This document shows positions 59,730-64,000 of a stretch of DNA of 64,000 bases, piece by piece. This DNA is from the human T2T-CHM13v2.0 reference genome, Homo sapiens. Made by a program: the position numbers and the translations under genes. Positions within the stretch are counted from its first letter, which is position 1. Each line of letters starts with the position of its first letter. The stretch lies in assembly GCF_009914755.1 (NCBI RefSeq), contig NC_060935.1; one strand, 5' to 3'. Below the pieces are notes generated by a model, which was given only the letters and a program-made list of their open reading frames with translations, had not been told where the DNA came from and made no database searches.

Positions 59730-61780
59730 CAATGGTATAGACTCATTTTTTCTTGCTCTTCCCCACTAAGTATAAGCCTATAAATAACACAGGAGGCAAC
59801 CAAAGGAGAACTCTGAAAGGTGGTAAGAGGAAAGTAAACTGTTTTGTAACCCTCGGAATGGAGGAACAACACAATGGCAGGACATCTTACCTATCTCTAC
59901 CAAACAGAAGAAGGCAACCCAGGCCTAGCATGTCCCAATCCCCAGGTTAACAACAGAAGGCAGCCAAGGTAGGCTCACTCATCTCCCAGATCAAACAGAA
60001 GTTCCACTAACAACACAGGGAAAGCCCAGAACCATGAGCAGGGGATAGACAGCCACAGTGATAATAAGCAGCCAGGGAAAGCACTTTCCTTCACTCCTGG
60101 CCCTGACTCCCTTTCCCCAAAGGCAGATACCATGTGAGTAGGCATCACCAGCAAGAGAGACCCCATCACAATAAGCAGGATGGCCTGGGAAGCCTTTGTC
60201 ATCACAGGCCTAAGGCTCTCCTACACAACCAAGAGAAACTGAGGTGTCCAGCTAGCACCAGCAAGAGGTATCTCGCTGTATCAAGTAACCTCGGCAGACA
60301 TTTTGTTTCTATGGGCTTAAGAATTCCCTCCCCAATCCAGAAACACTGGGGTAGTCAGAGGACACCAGTAAGAGAGACTCCACTGTAACAAGCAGTCTGG
60401 CCCAGGTAGTCTCTTTGTCCTCATGAGTCAGAATCTCTCATGTACTCCCCAGTGACATCAGGGCAGTGAAATAGCACCAATAATGAACATCGTGCCACAC
60501 AAAGTAGCCTGGTCCAGCAAAACCTCTTTGTCCCTGTAGCCTGAGAGTCCCCTCCCCCACCAAGAGACATCAAACAGCTCAGCCTGGGGAATGATTTCTG
60601 CCACCTCAGGCAGCACCAGTGGGAGCTCTAGTGCTGCCTGAGGTGACAGAAGGGCTATATTTAATGGCCCCAGCATTAAATAAACAAAGAAAACCAAATA
60701 ACCAAGAAAATCAAAATAACACTGAAAAGGCTCTGAAAATTAAACTGCCACTGGAACAACAGCCTACAAAATTAGACTATGGTCTACATGCTAACTCTAA
60801 ACACAAAAACTAACATAACAGCCAAAATGTCCAGGATATAGTAAAAAAGCACCCATTACACCAAGAACCAGAAAAGATCACAACTTGAATGACAAAAAGA
60901 CAATTAACTGATGCCAACACAGACATGAATCAGATGGAAGAATTATCTGCAAAGATTTTAAAGCAGCTACCTTAAAAATACATCAAATCATAAACTCTCT
61001 TGAAACAAATGAAAAATAGAAATATCAGCACAGAAATACGTTATAAATCAAACAGAAATTATAAAACTAAAAAATAAAATATCCAAAATTAAAATCTCAC
61101 TGGATGGTTTCAATAGTAGAGTGAAAATGGCATAGCATAGAATCAGTGAACTTGAGGTGAAATCAGTAGAATTTACCCAGTCTGAACAACGGAGAGAAAA
61201 CAAATTAAAATATAAAGAACATTGGGAACCCATGGGAGGTCCACAGACCATAACAAAAGATCCACTATTCATATCACTGGAGTCCCAGAAAAGAGGAGAG
61301 GAAGAGGGGAACTAAAAGAATATTCAAAGAAATAATGGCTAAAACACTCCCAAATTTGGTGAAGCACCAAACATATTCAAGAAGTTGCGTGACTCTCATA
61401 CTGGATAAACTCAAAAGAAATCTACACTAAGATACATCATAATTAAACATCTGAAAATTAAAAACAAAGAAGTCTTGAAAGAAGCCAGAGAGAAACATTT
61501 TACCTACAGGATAACACCAATTCAAATGACAGCAAATTTCTCATCAGAAACCATGAAGGACAGAAGAAAGCAGCACAACATTTTTCAAGTGCTGAAAGAA
61601 AGAACTATCAACTATGAATTCTATTTCCCACGAAACTACCCTTAAGGAATGAGAGGAAAATCCAGACATTCTTGGACCAAAAAAAACAAAACAAAAAAAA
61701 CTACACTAACATTGAAGATTGGCTGAAGGAAGGTGTTTAAACAGAAAGGAAATTACAAAAGAAGCAATACCGGAGCATCA
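59730..61780 (+). mobile_element. Old L1M 5' end (5'UTR with degenerate ~110-bp repeats, plus ORF1 remnant)
   Basis: ORF1-like aaactcaaaag...gatacatcataattaaac...gcaaatttctcatcagaaaccatg; repeated units at 60060-60600. Confidence 0.65.
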
Positions 61781-62439
61781 GTGGCAAAACAAAAATACAA
61801 ATCCAAGTCATCCTCAATCTAGTACTTAAATACTTCTCCAGTCCAATAGCTGGTGTTCTGATATCAGCTGGCTCTAAACCTCTTCCCAGGGCAATATTCT
61901 TCATGCTTATTCCAACAACCTTTAAGATTGCTTAAAACTTCTCTGTCCTTGAAGCTTACTGCTTGCCTGATTTGCAACCTTTAGTTGCCAGGGTAGGGTG
62001 AGGAGGGACCAGAAGGCACTGTCAGAATTGATTCTTTTTTCAACACAAAACTTAATCTGAGTATGACCCTAACAGATAAGTTTAGTCCTAGGGCCCTCTC
62101 TCCTAATACTTCCTTTTCTATGGGAAAAAAAAACTAGATCATACAAGGGCAAGCCCAAAGGCACAATAATTAATATTTTTTCTCACTGTAACAAATGGAA
62201 AACAAGCTCAACCCTCTCTCACAAGCACTTATTTAACTACTTAAAGAAAACTACTATGTCTTATCAAAGGTAAATATGATATCCATTTCCCTTAACTTCT
62301 GAGTACAAGGGCCTATTAAAACACCAGTACATTAAAGCTATCAACAGTAATTATGAATACACAGAAATCATCTAAAATATAAATACCTTCCCATGGTTGA
62401 TAAACTAATCTAAGAAAGTCCTCAAGAAAAACACTGCCA

Positions 62440-62595
62440 TGTTTTGAAAAGAATACTACATTGGTAATCAGGAGATCTGAGGCTTATCTTAGCTCTGTCA
62501 CTAACTGGTGACCTTAAGCAAATCCTCTAACTTCTCTAAGCCTTGGTCTCCCACCTGTAAAGTGATCTTAGGTCCCTCCTGGCTCTAAACTTCAG
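62440..62595 (+). mobile_element. MIR/MIR3
   Basis: caggagatctgag...gctctgtcactaactggtgaccttaagcaaatcctctaacttctctaagcc. Confidence 0.65.
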
Positions 62596-62635
62596 GCACG
62601 GTAAACCAACAAAAAATGTGAAATACATACATCTA

Positions 62636-62649
62636 CCACTAGATGGCAT
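62636..62649 (+). promoter_or_regulatory. Candidate CTCF core motif
   Basis: CCACTAGATGGCAT matches CCASYAGRKGGCR in apparently unique sequence; motif match only. Confidence 0.4.
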
Positions 62650-64000
62650 AACACTATGATTGCTGATCTGAAAAGCAGACCAAAATCTCCTCCAAATAGA
62701 TTATGTTGTTAGGAAAACTATACCAGTTTAAATTATACCAATTTAAACTAAGCCTCAATAACTTGTCTGCTGGCAAAGAACTCCCGGCTACTTCATAAAC
62801 ACCTTCATTTTGTATGATGTAGAATGAGAAACCTCTTTCTGAACTTGTTACAGTTATCATGAACCAAACTGAAAATTTACAAAGACATGATTACAGAATT
62901 CTGAGAAACTAAGTTTACAGCAAAGGAGGGGGTGAAGGAGGCGGTGAAGACGTGTGGCAGGAAAGAACACAGGTGGAGGGACAGAATGGAGAAAAAAAAA
63001 GAAGCTGTTTTTTGGCAATTTCTGCAGTATTATCTATGCCTATCAAGGTATTACGAAAATTATTACCACTATACCACAGAATATTTAGCCTCCCTTGATA
63101 ATTCAGCAGAGAAAACACTGCCACATTAAAATTTCAGACAAATTTCTTGGAACCAGCTTTAAAAACATTAATATATTGGTAGTATCTATAAAACATTGAT
63201 CCTTTCAGAAAAAAAATACAACTGAAAATTTAAAACACAATTCTCTATGACTTAACTGTACCACTTTCACTATGTTTAAGTTATATTTACGTTTTCTTCC
63301 AATTGCAGATAAGACTAGTACATAGCAAGTGCTTAGTTTCAGCATAGATTTTTTAAATACAACATTTTTAAACTAGGGAGGAAAGTTATTGATTAAAAAA
63401 CAGCAAAGGCTATTATGTTAATCTTCCTTAAACAAGAAATTCGTATCTGTTGCATAATGCAACTGGACATGATACACATAAATTTCTCATTAAAACTCAT
63501 TCAATGTGTCCCTATCAATGTATTCCCTAACCCTAAGTCAATAAAGGAGAAGTTACAAAAATCCTTAGTTCTCCAGCAACCTGTGCCTTCAAAATCAAGT
63601 AGGCCTTTCTCATTACACAAATACAGGTGACAAATTTCTTCTTCCCAAATACAGTTTAAACATGTCCCCTGCCTACAATGCTCTCCTCTCCACAAATTTC
63701 TGTTTTTTTTTTTTCCCATCTCTAACTTCCTATCTGCAACTCAAAGTTCACCCTGGAGCATCGCATCTACAGCACAGATAATCCAAGCCGTGTGTTTTCT
63801 GCTCAACTCTTCTCTCAAACGCAAACTTCCTATCCTGCAAAAAGCATTACAGATTGTTTATCTGTCCAAACAAGTTATGAGGCTGGTTATAATATACTTT
63901 ACTACCAGCTGTTTTCCTTAACGTTTCACTCTCCTGAAGACAATCATTTCCTTCTTGTAACAGATAGAGTATTTCTCAAGCTCCCAATGCTGTTTGTACC

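Overview
Primate (human or great-ape) genomic DNA, AT-rich and dominated by transposable elements. The only host coding sequence I can support is an 86-nt exon on the minus strand (48375-48290; AG...GT; peptide (G)[28 protein letters not shown]). I recognise this as exon 2 of SBF2/MTMR13, the CMT4B2 gene, so the window is SBF2 intron 1 (right of the exon) and intron 2 (left). Almost every ORF in the track comes from L1, Alu, LTR or Tigger sequence, or is chance. The main features are: (1) a full-length, inactivated L1PA2/PA3 (27532-33807, +) lying antisense to SBF2, with its antisense promoter/ORF0 and an antisense AATAAA oriented in the SBF2 direction; (2) a perfect 178-bp tandem duplication in its ORF2 that creates a new AUG-initiated 887-aa endonuclease-less RT reading frame; (3) two old template-switch-like scars, a MER52|L1|MER1A chimera whose L1 patch resembles the L1 10.7 kb upstream and a duplication plus inversion inside a MIR; (4) same-orientation Alus bracketing the frame-shifting exon. 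I see no convincing new biological system. Repeat subfamily names come from recalled consensus features and need RepeatMasker/Dfam confirmation; boundaries of old elements are approximate.
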